DNA from: Chara braunii
Lineage: Eukaryota; Plantae; Charophyceae
DNA: 48,672 bases
Assembly (NCBI GenBank): GCA_003427395.1
Contig: BFEA01000043.1
Span: forward strand, 1,184,910-1,233,581
Direction: 5' to 3'
Part shown: positions 33,760 to 46,967 of the stretch, one piece after another
How the letters are laid out: each line of letters begins with the position of its first letter
Position numbering within the stretch: the first letter of the stretch is position 1
Translations under genes and position numbers: made by a program
Notes under the pieces: model-generated
The model's database searches: none
What the model was told of the DNA's origin: nothing
The model's input: the letters and a program-made list of their open reading frames with translations, nothing else

Positions 33760-34235
33760 AAACTAGCCGTTGATCTGTGATCAGTTAAAAAAAAACTAGC
33801 CGTTGATTTGTGAAGATGTAGCCGTTGCTCTGAGGGAAAGCTAGCTGTTCGAAACTACCGTCTTCCCCCCCAACACACGCATTCTAATCCTGAATGTGGC
33901 GCGTAACTCAGGTCGGATACAGTCGTGTGGAGGGCGCGTTGTAACGGGGGGAAGGCAAACGTTAGCCGCGAGTCCGCCTTTTCTGTATTACATCAACGGT
34001 TCAGAACAGTCGATAATAACTGGTCGTTGATGTGTTGACGACAACGACAAGACGTTGATCTGCGATCTCCAACAGTTCCAGAAAAAAAACAACAGCCGTT
34101 GATCTGTGACCATGATGAAGCTGTGATTGTGCGGAAAGAGTCCCCGCACTTACAAAGAGAGAGGGGGGGGGAGGGGGGGGTGCAAAAAAAAAAAAAGTCG
34201 CCGCTGATCTGTCGATCGCAGCCGTTGAGCTGTCA
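33760..34235 (-). promoter_or_regulatory. cluster of MSA-like elements (AGATCAACGGCT type) upstream of the putative gene
   Basis: agccgttg at ~33765, 33798, 33820, 34094 and 34220; atcaacggtt at ~33992; variants at ~34052 and ~34200. Confidence 0.55.
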
Positions 34236-34863
34236 GGACCCATCTTTATCTTCCGGAATCTTGAGAGCCAGTCGTTTTCCCGCCTTTTTTATCCGACAGG
34301 TCATCTTTTTTGTCTAATTGGCTCATCGGCAATCTGGCAGTGGGCACGTGAAGAGAATATGAGATAGATGAGAGAAGAATTAAAAAAAAAAAGAAAAAAA
34401 AGAGGAAAGTTACACTACGTGCTCGGGGTAAAACTGGTGGGAAAGGTACATCTTTGTTGTCGTCATCATAAATTTAAGAGAAAAAAGCAACCACAAAAAA
34501 ACAAAAAAAAGGGGGAAGGAGAGCCAGGTGGGAAGAGTCAGATTTATTTTCGTTGACGTCCCGTTTGTGTCGGTACAGCTTTTGGTCGTGCTGCTTTTCC
34601 CTCGTCTGCCCCCGCGCTCGCTCCGACGCAAACGGGACGTCAACCAAAATAAATCTGACGTGAGGTTTGACGGCAACGGAAATTGGAGCAATCGTTCGTC
34701 GTTCAAGGCACACACTGCCACTACGTAGGACTTTTTCCAGAAATTCCTGCACACGTGATACTGTCAAATACATGCATTCTTGCCTAATTGCGGTCGGATA
34801 CGTTTAGGAAAGTGCTACTACACGTAGTCGTAGTGCGAGTACGATCTGATTCAGACGGACGCA

Positions 34864-34904
<41 letters not shown>

Positions 34905-35418
34905 NNNNNNNNNNNNNNNNNNNNNNNNNNNNNNAAAAAAAAAAAAAAAGTGTGAGTCCTATCCCCGGCCTTCAGAGTTTTTTTTTCTTTACAACAACTC
35001 CCGCGCGCCGCGACTTCCTACGTGCGGCCGAGATCCGGACCGGAATTGTATTTTTGACTACTTGTTTTCGTATTTTGGAGGTCGCAGCTGTGAATGGCGC
35101 GGATTCATGATCGGCCGAAGCCCTTTGCCCGTTTGAGTTTCGAAATCCCTTGCTACGGTAGCCCTGCTGGCATAATGGGTCTGATGGTACCTTAGTAGCC
35201 ACATGGGTCACGGAATGAACCCTTTTGGCCAGTTTTTTTTCCTTCGTGCAGTCAAGAGGTCCACTTCTGTTCCAATTTGTGTACAGGCCAGCCCAGTGGA
35301 GCCCCTCCTTTGACAGGCCAGAGTACCACCAGTACTTCTGAAGCACTTTTCTCCTACTCTGGAAACGCCCTGCACCAAGCTGGTACTTCCGAGGCACTTT
35401 TCTCCGACCTGCACCAAC

Positions 35419-35453
<35 letters not shown>

Positions 35454-35819
35454 CAAGAAACACATTGATTACTCGTTAGAAAGAGGGGAGTTGGAGGGGA
35501 GGACGTGGCGGTTGGCACCTTCGGTGCTCCAAGTTAGCGTCACCTCGACGAGTGGGGTATCACCACGATACTCACACGTCAGCATAGTCACCTTGCTCGG
35601 CAATAACCGAGCAACCAACCCAGCGGGAAGGGAGGTATGACGTCGCGTGAGCCAGCCTGTTTGACCACGTGAAGATTGCGTCGTTTTTGGAGAATCGATA
35701 CAGGCGAAATAGCCGTGTGGGCGTGCGCCAGACAGCCGCCCGCCATTGACGAGTGGAAGTAGGACGAGTCGAAGGACATGCAGTGACAAGCAGGGTAAGT
35801 AGACGAACCTCCACACAGC

Positions 35820-37972
35820 ATGGATCAAGGTAATCGTCAGGAGCGACCAGAGGCGAACGAAGTTCTAGTATCCGAAGAAGACCGAATCAGGCTCCTCATC
35901 GCGAAGTGTTAGGAAGATGGCATCTTCCCAGAAAACTTGAAACATGGTGAATTCGTCATCGAAAACGGAGTCCGGATCTTCAAAGTAAACACTCAGATCG
36001 ATAGGCTGACCACGGCGTGCCTTAAAGAGCGCACTGTGACGGTGATATTCCAGGGAGAGGCAAGAGATCTCCCGGTCAAAACCAGGGAAGATCTTATTCG
36101 GGCCTATGAGAACGGATGGTTTCGGAAGAAAACGTTTACTAGGGGATTTAAGAGAGGGAGGGTGCATGGCGAAGCCCCAAACGTGATGTCTCTTATGTTG
36201 CCAAGGCAAGAGAGATTGCTCAATGGTTGATAGCCAAGGCAGAAGATGCGTTGGTGATCAGAGGAGTGGAGTATCGCATGTTGTTCAAGCCATGGATGAC
36301 CAGGGCTGAGCTGGCCGCGCAACGACGTCAAGAGGACGAGACGAAGTTCTGGGTCGTAGCCTTGAGGGTGCCGCTAAGAGCAATGTTCCATATTGGGGAC
36401 CTGTTGGCACAAGCAATGGGGCCAATTATTCACCGCCATCCTCCGGAGCCTGATCCGTCACGACCAAAATTAATGAATCTAAAATTTGACCTCGCGAGAG
36501 AGGCGGAAGAGCGGTTCGAAGAGAAGCTCCCGATGAAGTTGGAAGATGGCGAGATGTATGAAGTCCAATTGGTGTGCAAAGCTACTCCGTGGTGTACTCG
36601 GTGTAGATGGTGGTTCCACACGGAGAACGAGGGTTGTCCAAGGGCAGAGGAAGTGGGGGACGAAGGTCGAGAAACTTCAAATAACAACAGCCAAAGACAG
36701 CAGAGAGGGGAGGTAATCTTCGACAGGAACATACGAGATGCCGCTAGAGATCCTCGAATCGACAATCCAGCAGGAGGCGAATCGAGCAGGGCAGGCGAAA
36801 GGAGACAAGTACGGGAACTACCACCTGCGGGTCGTCAGGAGGAACGGGTCCTCCACCAAGCAGGCGGTCAACCTCCCTGGATTCAACAACCTATGCAGGG
36901 GCAAGCAAATCTAGGAGGGTCAGCGTACCCAGGCCAGTTAGTGAATCAAGGAGCGGCTTTGGGTCCGGGGGGAACAGCGGTAGGAGGGAGTGATCCGTAT
37001 TTAATGGCGACACAGTGGAACCAGATGTGGCAACAACCACAAGTGGGAGAGAACCTGCAAGGGGGTTGGATAAACTCTGGCTTGCCAGGGTACCAATTCC
37101 CCGTCCAGCGGCCGAGACCTATGCCCTGGAACTATGGAATGGGCGGCTCCTGGACTCCGGGGGCAGCCCCGATACGACCGGAAGTAAGAAGAGGGGATTG
37201 GGGTCAAGAAGAACGGGTGGTGGTAGTGGACGGATCAGAAGATCGAGTGTCGCGGCAAGTGCCAGGAGAACATCCTAGCTCATCTAACGCCCAGAATGAA
37301 CTTGCACAGGGGGAGGACAGAGAATTGGAAGAAAAACGTACCTCGATTTCGGACGGGGTCCGAACTCATGATGCGGATGACCTGCAATTCGAGGAAAAAC
37401 TGTTGCTTCCACTCATTTGTACCTTGCTGGGCCAAGAAGCCTTTATTCTGGGCCTGATCAATCGAGCAGGGCAAACGGTGTTGCCCTCAACATCATTCAG
37501 GGGAATTCCTTCCCCAGAGATGATTGAGGCGAAGGTTAGACAACTGTATGCTGATCGCTTCTGCTTCCGGTTATTCCCGGAGGAGATCATGCCTAAGAAT
37601 ATGGTGGAATCCCCAGGAGGTAAACGGTACAAATTCTACATCCCACTAATTGATGCTCGAATCCCAGTCCCACATTGGGCTGGACTTCCAGCGGTAGGTC
37701 TGACCTGCATGCCGCTACGCATTTTGCTGGGGGACTCGAACATGGAATTGGAAGATGTAGTTGCGAAACCAGGGTTAGCTGCGACATTTATGAGGGGCAT
37801 GAACGAACGAATGCCATTGGACAAAAATCTGGAGTCTGGCTTCATTCAACAAGTGTTAGCTGAAGAGTGGCAACGAGCGAGTCCACAGGCAAGTCAGCAC
37901 AAAACGCAGGCAGATGGAGGGCGGATCCAAGAAGTGACCGCAGACAACATCACCCCACATGGGGAGAATTAG
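35820..37972 (+). pseudogene. LINE ORF1 (zinc knuckle-like CTRCRWWFHTENEGC, Q/G/P-rich linker, extra C-terminal domain)
   Basis: ATG at 35820, TAG at 35910-35912, frameshift at ~36190 joining ORFs 35937-36230 and 36227-37972. Confidence 0.85.
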
Positions 37973-40900
37973 AATAGGCACATGGAATGTGAAGGGCCTG
38001 GGGGACAGGGGAGGCAGACGGAAAGGTCGACGCCTGAAACAGTGGATTCACGACAAGAATATTGACATTGCTCTAGTGCAAGAAATGAAACTATCAGAGG
38101 CAAAGTTAGCGCAACTAACGGACGGATGGGACGGACCACAGCTATGGTCGCCAGCAAGGGGTTCGAAAGGGGGGACAACCATCCTAGTACATAGAAGGAT
38201 AGAGGCAGAGCTTCTAGACTATGATGCAGACTTATGGGGGAAATGGGTATGGTTGAAACTTCGCATTGAAGGAATAGTGTTGGCTGTAGCTATGGTGTAT
38301 GCCCCAAATGAACCGAGCGACAGACTCCAGTTCATTAGAGCACTGCCATACTGCCTACCGGGAGCTGAGCACATGGTCATAGGCGGAGATTGGAATCTTG
38401 TGAGTTGTCCAGGGCTAGATTCGGAAGCGGTAGACTCTCTGCAAAGAGACAGAGAAGCTTTCTTACAGTGGAAGGAGGCATGGGGTCTAGTGGATATCTT
38501 CATAGTGGTGCATCCAAGGGAACCAGGCTTCACATGGTTCGTCAGTGCGGCATCAGCAGCAGGAGCGAAGAGGAGACTTGACTTCTTCTTGACAACGGGA
38601 GCCTGCACACAGAACACACAAACGGTAAGCGAGAGTAATGCGGGCATGTCGGATCACAAACCAGTGGTCATGGAGATGAACTGGTCGCAGGGGAACCGGA
38701 GAGGGCCAGGGCACTTCAGACTGAACACGGCCAATCTGGAAGACACAGGCTGGGTGGACTGGACGGATAAACACTGGCGGACATGGCAACAAACCAGGGC
38801 TCATTTTGGCACCTTCGAAGACTGGATGGATACAGGGCTAAGAATTTATCTCTCACAAGTACGAAACCTTCTCAGTCATAGCGGCCTACAGAAGAAACAA
38901 GGAAGAAAGGTCAATGCTCAAGAGGATAGAAGAAGCAGAGGCGAACACGAATGGCCATCCGGTTTTGGAGTTGGCATGGGCGGAAGAGAGGACGCAGAGA
39001 ATGAGAGAATGGGAGCAATTGCAGATTGAGAAGCATGCAAGGTGGGATACGATCCTAAGGGAGAAGGGAATAGTGGCGCGCGACAGAATGTCGAAGTAGT
39101 GTTTCCAGAAACTCTTACCGAAGCGCAATCTTACACCCATGAGGGAGCTGTAGCACCCCCACCTGCTAGGAATGGAAATGGCATAGTCAAATGAAGCTAT
39201 GTGTGAATATGCGGCTGCCTACTTTAAAGACATTCTGGCCACAAGGAAATCCTTTTGGGACTGGGAAACGGACCTGACCAAGGAAAGCAGCTTTTGGGAC
39301 ACCTTTACACCACGTATTTCTGAGGAAGGGAGAAGGGATAAGGACCAGCTAGTTACCGCAGAAGAGTTCAGAGAAACAGTTAAGAGTATGGCTGCAGAGA
39401 AGGCCCCAGGCGATGACGGCCTTCCAGTAGAGTTCTACAGCGCTTGCTGGGAGACTCTAGAAAAAGATTTGTTGTAGTTGTACAATGGCATCTTAACTGG
39501 TCAACAACTGGGGAAGACAATGACAAAGGGCATCATCACGCTGCTATACAAAAAAGAGGACCGATCAGAGGTGCGAAACTGGCGGCCTATTTCACTCTTA
39601 AACGTGGTGTATAAGATACTTGCAAAGGCCTTAGCAAGAAGGTTAGGAAGATACCTACCGACTCTAGTGGGCAGAGACCAGGGGGCCTTCGTGCAAGGCC
39701 GCTCAATCTTCGATAATATTCGGACTGCTGTGTAGGCGCTAGAGGTTATTGAGGAAGAGAACATGAACGTCTCAGTACTCATGATCGACCTTGAAAAGGC
39801 CTATGATCGTGTGAACTGGACGTTCGTGATAACCACACTGAGAATCATAGGTTTCGGTGAACCATTCTGTGGTTGGGTGAAAGCATTGTATGCGTACGCG
39901 ACAGCAGTGGTTCAGATTAATGGAGTCTGCTCACAAGAATTTACGCTGAGTAGATCCCTGAGACAGGGGTGTCCACTGGCACCGTTGTTGTTTGTCCTAC
40001 AGCTAGAAGTCCTGTTGTGCGCGATAAGAGCTAATCCTAGGATACAAGGCCTGCAGATCACACAGGAAAGCGACTGCAGAGTCAAAGCCCCTAGCAGATG
40101 ACTTGCTAGCCTTCTCTGAGAATTCAACAGACTCACTGGAGGAACTGAGGAAATGTTTGCAAGTATATGAGGAGTTGTCGGAGGCTGCTATTAATTGGAA
40201 TAAATCGTCTTTTTTTCTCCCAAAGGACTTTGAGTTCCAGGCCAGATGGGGGATGAAAAGGGTTCCGGTTAACAGTGCAGAGAGATTCTTGGGGGTATTA
40301 GTTTCCCTAGAAGACTGTTCTTCAGCGCAGGAGCTGCTACTACAGGAGAGGGTGATCACCAGAATCCGCAGCTGGGGCCGTGCTCCCCACTTATCCCTAG
40401 TAGGAAGACCATTGGTTGTCACAGTGTCAGCGTTCTCCCTACTGTGGTTTGTGCTCAGAATGTGCAAGCTGTTAGGTGCAACGCTGAAGAAAATCAAAGC
40501 TGCGGCAAAAAGGTTCATCTGGAAGCCACAGGCGGAAGAAAATCAAGGACTCATCTCTAAGGTAGCATGGGAGACCCTATGCAAACCACGAGACGAAGGG
40601 GGCCTGGGGATAACCGACCCCAATTCCCAAAACTTGGCATTACTCTCCAGCTGGTTACTGAAGGTCGCTGAAATGCCAAAGCCACCAGATTGGTGTCTGC
40701 TGGCAGAAAGAATTTTACAGCAGGAATGAGAACTGTCCAGAACCTCAGACGTTTGGGTAGCCATCATGATGGACTCCTTTGTAAACAAACGAATCAAGTC
40801 CAAATTTTGGAGCAGCGTACTTGCAGCGTGGAAGAAAGTAAAACCGGACATACACGCAGAACCGAAGTCCAAAGAAGAGGTCAAAAGACAGTCGTTGTTT

Positions 40901-42201
40901 GATAACCCCCATATCAAGAATGTGGACAACAGACCCTTTTCGGCAACTGCCGCTCCAGACAACTTCGGGATGAAATGGACCCAGAGAGGTGTTGCTCAAA
41001 TCGGAGACTTGTGGGACGAGCTCACTGGCCAATGGCATCCGCACAGCCACCTGAGAGGGAAGTTGAGGCAACTTCCACATCAAGAAGTAAGACTGAGATC
41101 GCTCATTGTCGCTATTCCGAACAGCTGGAAAATGTTGTTGGGCCCGCAGGGTGTAAACCCAACAGGCACATGGTTTAAACCAACAACAGAGGAGGACGAT
41201 GCTAGCTTTTATAGACTAAGTAGTTGGCGAGTAGACGAACCGGGGAAGTGTGAGTTAGAGGAGTATAGACGGAATACAGCGCATGGCGATATCTTGGCTT
41301 TATATCAGACTATAAGGAGATGGGGTTTACAGGGCTTAGAGGAAATCCGCGTTCGGGCGGTGAGAATGCAGGGAAGGGGAGAGCCCTCAGTCTACAAGTT
41401 GATAGCGGGGGGGCGGGCGAAGAGACTGCTCAGAATCGACCCGTTGGAATGGGGCTGGCATGTGGGGACAGAAAGTATCATGGATCTCTCAAACCTGTCT
41501 GGGGATCTAGTGACCACTAAGTTGACAAAAGGAGAGGGTCTGAAGAGGAAAGTGATAAATCGTTGGGAGACAGCACAACCTTGTATACAACAACCGTCCG
41601 AGAGGGAGTTGAAGAGACTTTGGGAACAGCTGGCTCAGATCCCCTCGCAGAGATTCGCATCTCTCCTGTGGCTACACTCGCACCTATCAGTTCCTACAAC
41701 AAGATGGCTGAGCAATAGGGGAATGAAAGTAAGGTTAGAGTGTGACAGATGTAACTGGCCAGTCGAAACCATGACCCACCTATGGTGGGTCTGTCCTCGT
41801 TCACAAAAATGGTGGACCTGGTGGTTCCGGCACTGGGCCAAAATGTTAGAACAAACTATGCGCAGGACGAGCGGTGGGTGCTACTAGGAACTCTCCCCGA
41901 AGGTGTCCCCAACCGCAAAGGTTGGGGGTACATCGCACAAGTATGCAGAGCAACATTGATGTGGGTAATATGGATGGACAGAAACGGGAAAAGGTTCCAG
42001 GGGCAGGGACTGGAAGAGAAACAATCAGAGAGGATGTTCAGAACGACCCTGAAGATGGAGATCAGGGCAGATTAGAGGAGAAAGGTGTTGAAAGGGAACT
42101 ACGAATCAGGGATGTTGTGGTTTGCTGAAACATGGGCAAGACCGGGAGGACTAGCTACGATATCTAATAGGAAGCTCAAGACTTCGCCTTGGCTCGATTA
42201 G
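37959..42201 (+). pseudogene. LINE ORF2: APE endonuclease, reverse transcriptase, C-terminal cysteine-rich (zf-RVT-like) domain
   Basis: TWNVKGL, VYAP, GGDWN, RLDFF, SDHKPV; KAPGDDG, WRPISLLN, IDLEKAYD, RQGCPLAP, (A)LADD across a frameshift at ~40090; CDRCNWPVETMTHLWWVCP; multiple stops and frameshifts. Confidence 0.95.
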
Positions 42202-44383
42202 GAATAGGGGTAGGATGTAGACGGAAGAACCAGGCGCACTCGGTTCCAGTGGGCGGACACTGTAGACCGCAAAGGGTAGGGAGGGAGGAGAGTGTCAGGC
42301 TACCACATAAGGAACAAAGGTTCCTCTCGACCGGCATTAGGCCGAGCCACAGACTCGGACCGAAGGATAGGTCTGAACATAGTATTAAGTAGACAGGGTA
42401 GATAAAGGTAGAAGTAGAAGTGTTACTGAAGGACAGTTCGGAGGAGTTAGGTCCGGTAAGTAAGGGTAGAAGTTAGGATAGAAGGTAAAAACTCAGTGGA
42501 ATGGAAGGTAGAGTAGAACTGGAATTTGAAAAGAGTGTTTTGATAAGCTAAACCGGCTGAAGCTGCCGGGATAACTCCGGGTGGAATTTTGAGGTCCCCG
42601 GCCTCAACCCAAATGTTGATTGCAATGAATTTGAATTAACAAAAAAAAAAAAAAAAAAAAAAAAAAANNNNNNNNNNNNNNNNNNNNNNNNNNNNNNNNN
42701 NNNNNNNNNNNNNNNNNNNNNNNNNNNNNNNNNNNNNNNNNNNNNNNNNNNNNNNNNNNNNNNNNNNNNNNNNNNNNNNNNNNNNNNNNNNNNNNCGGCG
42801 TCCCCACATAAAGACGGGTACTGGGAGTCTTACCCAACTTCTCTTTTTACGGGACCAGAGGACCCCATGAAAAAGGGGGAAATTGCAAGAGAAAGTACCA
42901 ACTTTCCAAAGAAAGAGGTGACCCAGCTATCAAACAGCTAAAACCTACCTAAGCTAAGCTATTAGCTAAAATTGCTACCACTCTGTTAGGGGGTAGAGCT
43001 GCTAAAAGTCACAACTTTCCACATTCCGCATTGTCCCACCTCCCCCCTTAACCCACATTATACCCCCATTAAACCCCTTTTACTAAGTGAATTCTAGTTA
43101 TTGTTTCCCTTACTACACACAAGGACCTATAATTGGTCCCCCCGGAACTAAATTGTCTCAGTTTCTAAAAAGTGTCACTCCGAGTCCCAGCAAAAACATT
43201 GGTCCTCATTGACCTCCTGTAGTCCGAACCACCCACTGAGAGAGCCAGGTGGGTGCACCAAGCTTTGTCGAACAACCAACTTTTTTTTCTCTCTCGTTTG
43301 TGACGCTCAACCTCACCCCCTGTCCTGTCTTCCAGTCGAAGTTGTGTGTTGTGCTGAAAAGGCCGTGAAAGACAATGAAATGGGGTGTGCCAAGGATTTT
43401 TGGGAAATTGAATGTGGGGACTCGGATGGAACTGAAATCCCTTGCGTGGTTCCAGTTTTAACGGGAACGGGTCTCTGTCGTGCGGGAAAGAAACACGCGC
43501 ACACTATTTTCAAACATCCATTCAATCCAAAAAAGTATCGTTGTACTTTCGCACGGGCTACCGACCGCCTCTTAGAGTGAAAGGGCGAAGGAACGCATGT
43601 TTGGATCAGATTTCCGGCGTCGCTCGTTGCAAAGCTCAGAGTCCGACGTGGAGGTCCTCAGCCTGGTCGCTAGTTCCTTGTGTTCGTCTTCGCCATGTAT
43701 CCAATAGTGGAACCCCCTTTTCCGATAGCGCTCTGTGCGGCGACACTCGTTGCACAGAGTATTGGGCCAATGGGGGTGCCACTGTCGTCCACAGAATGAC
43801 AATCAACTCATTAAAAGGCAACAGTAGCGAATACGGGGGAAAGTGAGTTTCAACAATGACAAAACCAGCACCTATTGACTTACCGTGAGGGCACGGGTGC
43901 GCAGCCCGTAGTTTGTATATGGTTGATTGATAAAGGAGGCGAGATGGCACCCAAGCGACTGAGATGGCACGCAGAACACCGGGGCACAGATGTGTCTGAA
44001 TGGGGCGCTGAATGCGTCCACCTAATCAGACTGCGCCCACCTAATCAGTTCGTTACTCAATCACGGAAATAAGCAGACACCACAACATGCATCAGTTTCC
44101 AATCATCATGCAATCTAATTCAATAGAGAGAATGATCAGCTTACGTTCGTGCGAGCATTAATTTATTCCCATATACAAACAAGAATTTCTCATGCATCAT
44201 CAGGCGCTAGGTAGCACGAAAAAGGAGAGGGGTGTGGCAAGATCGCTCGAGCTTCGCGATCTCTCAAATTCAACGATGTCCGTTTCGTAGGACCTGATAG
44301 AACTTAACGGGGTGAATAAGCCAAAACGTCAGGAGCTCGTAGGAACGTTGCCAGGAAATTTAACCATTCATGACGGAAATATC

Positions 44384-44490
<107 letters not shown>

Positions 44491-44625
44491 ACGTCGGAGA
44501 TATAGTAGCTTGATAGGAGAAGGCGAGTAAAGACGAAGAAAGAGTAGTAAGCACACAAAATAGATAAGCGGACCGAAACCGGCAATCTGCCGTTAACTTA
44601 ACTTCCCATAAAAATAAGAGGAAGA

Positions 44626-44923
44626 AACAACCATTTTGTTAGAACGGACATATTATATTTTTTGAACGAAATTAAAATTGAGTTTTTGGGCCGAAATCCG
44701 GTCCAAATTTTTGGCTCCTGGGGGTCCAGCGTTCCTAGAATGTCAGACCCCCTAGATGTATTTGGTCTCAGCTCAGCTTGAGACCAAATACATCTAGGGG
44801 GCCCGACGTTCTAGGAACGCTGGACCCCCAAGAGCCAAAAATTTGGACTGGATTTCGGCCCAAAAACTCAGTTTTAATTTTGTTCAAAAAATACAATATG
44901 TCTGTTTTGACGAAATGGCTGTT
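44626..44923. repeat. ~300-bp near-perfect palindrome (foldback element)
   Basis: ~145-bp arms centred at ~44774; mismatches are mostly transitions. Confidence 0.95.
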
Positions 44924-45451
44924 AAGAATCGAAGATCACAAGTGCGCAAGCCTTCCGCTCTCTCACTATGGCCCCAAGTCATACAACCTCTCAATCACAT
45001 GCACGTTTTCATACCCTGGTACTGGTGGTCCCGACCACCGCATACCAACCACCACATACCAACCACCACACCACATCGATTGTCACCCTGCCAACTCAGC
45101 TCCTACACCGACTTGCCCAAATCCTGCAGTTCGTCGCGGCCACCTGACACTCAGCCTTGCGGAACCACTGTCAGCTCGTCAGGACTTTTCGACCGCCGTG
45201 CATTCCCATCACCTAGCCACGACTTCCCGGAAGTTAGCAGATGGGTTGAGAGAAAGTTTTTCGGAAGCACTTGCAGATTGTATAGTTGCGAGCAGGAGGG
45301 CAGCAAAGGGAGAAGCATGGGATAAGGATCGGGAGGAGTGAAGGAGCTCGAGATGATCGCCCGCGAAAAGCCATATCGATCCCGCAGGCTCTTCGCATAA
45401 CCAATCGGATTACTTCGTGTAGGGAGAAGTTTTCCTCCTTGCACGACGTCG

Positions 45452-45620
45452 ATCAGTGGCTTGGGCGGGGTTGGTAGGGATTTCCGTTATTGGGATGTAG
45501 GCGTTCCTCCTTACACGACTTCAATCAGTGGCTTGGGCGGGATCGGTAGCGAGTTCCGTTATCGTTCATCAGTGGGCTTGGGCGGGATCGGTGGGGAATT
45601 CTGTTATCGGGATGTAGGCG
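45452..45620 (+). repeat. degenerate tandem repeat (atcagtggcttgggcgggatcggtag...ttccgttat) x3
   Basis: Direct reading. Confidence 0.8.
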
Positions 45621-46282
45621 GGAAGGAGAAGAGCGAAAAAAGTAGCGCGAAGCGGGTCCAAGATTCAGACGAGAAGGAGTGAGGGTGAAGCACGAGGAAG
45701 AGAGGGGATTGAAAACAGTTATAGACGAAGGGAAGAAGGCGCGAAGAAAAGGAGAGGGAAGATGGCACGAGTTTTAGCGAAGGAGGGGGCAGGGGGGAAA
45801 GCTTGCAGGCGTCGCGCAAGTGCTTGAGAGAGAAGAAGGGCCTCAAAAGCAGCTGCGTTCCTTCCAAAAATTATTTCAAGAATACGAAGTTCAAATGTTA
45901 TATAAGTGTTCGGGTTTGAGTGCACAAAAATCTTACGTCTATCCAGTTGCCTACTGAAAATTCACTGATCTTTCAAGGACGGGTACGGGAAATTCTCGAT
46001 GCAAGAAATGACACGTCAACGAAAAAGACATTCGTGAATCCCAGAATTCCCAACCGCCGAACAAAATTCGTAGCACTCTCTCTAAGGCGCACATAATTCT
46101 TGTGGAAATGCATGAATTCCGAAAGGGAAAAAGGGGAAGGAATCGTCGACTTGGATTCGGGAGGGTCTGATTGGCCAACAACTTCATGCCTCGGGAATAC
46201 AACAAAAGAGAGAAGGGGGGGGGGGGGGGGGGGGGGGGGGGGTTGAGGGGACAAAAAACGAGCGGGGGGGGAAAAAAAAAAA

Positions 46283-46318
<36 letters not shown>

Positions 46319-46821
46319 TGGTTCAACAAAATTTAGGGACTACGGAAGATAGTTCGGGTACGGGAAACAGTTCTTCACAGCCAACTCTTTTCTCTCTCTC
46401 GTTTGTCTGGCAGTCGGGCGCTGCCGGCCTTTGTGGTCTGGTAGGCCCAGAGCCGGGTTAACCTATACGCCAAGGGTCCGCGGCCTATGTATGGGCCGAG
46501 TACTGGTGGTTTAAACCACCAGTATGCGGCCAACTTGAAAAACAAATACGCGTCTCGTATACCGCCGCAGCTTTTTGGGGGCAAGGTATCGGACCAAAAT
46601 GGATGGCAGCGCCAGCCAAAATGAGATCTCCGCTGGTTCGTTATTTCTGGGCGTGCAGGGCAGATCTCCACTGGTTCATTCTTTTTTGGCGCGCAGGGCA
46701 TTTTAAGGCTTGGCTTCAATAGCTGGGCGAGGTACTGGTGATCTAATGCCGATCGGCGGGGCCAAGGGGCTACCTCTCAATAGCAGACACCCAGTATGCC
46801 CAGGAAGGTACATGAGGCCAA

Positions 46822-46878
46822 TTGGGACTGAACCCATGACCTCCTGAATGCCATTTGTGTGCCCACTGAGCTAGGTCA
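46822..46878 (-). mobile_element. tRNA-derived SINE head (family B), diverged
   Basis: Minus strand cctagctcagtgggcac...ttcaggaggtcatgggttcagtccc matches 3062-3130. Confidence 0.55.
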
Positions 46879-46967
46879 CTGACTACATGGCATTGCTCAC
46901 CCTTGCCCTCAGAGCATCCATCCCAACTGACAGATGCCATGCCCGGGCAGACAGGGCTAGACAGCTT

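Larger units (their letters stand above)
35460..42667 (+). mobile_element. L1-clade non-LTR retrotransposon, near full length, inactivated
   Basis: 5' UTR, ORF1, overlapping ORF2 (APE-RT-zinc finger), 3' UTR and a poly(A) running into a gap. Confidence 0.95.

Noticed and set aside
44140-44225. Hammerhead-like core on the minus strand (ctgatga…gaaa, stem III, ATA)
   Set aside because: Proximal stem I does not pair and stem II is only 1 bp; probably chance.
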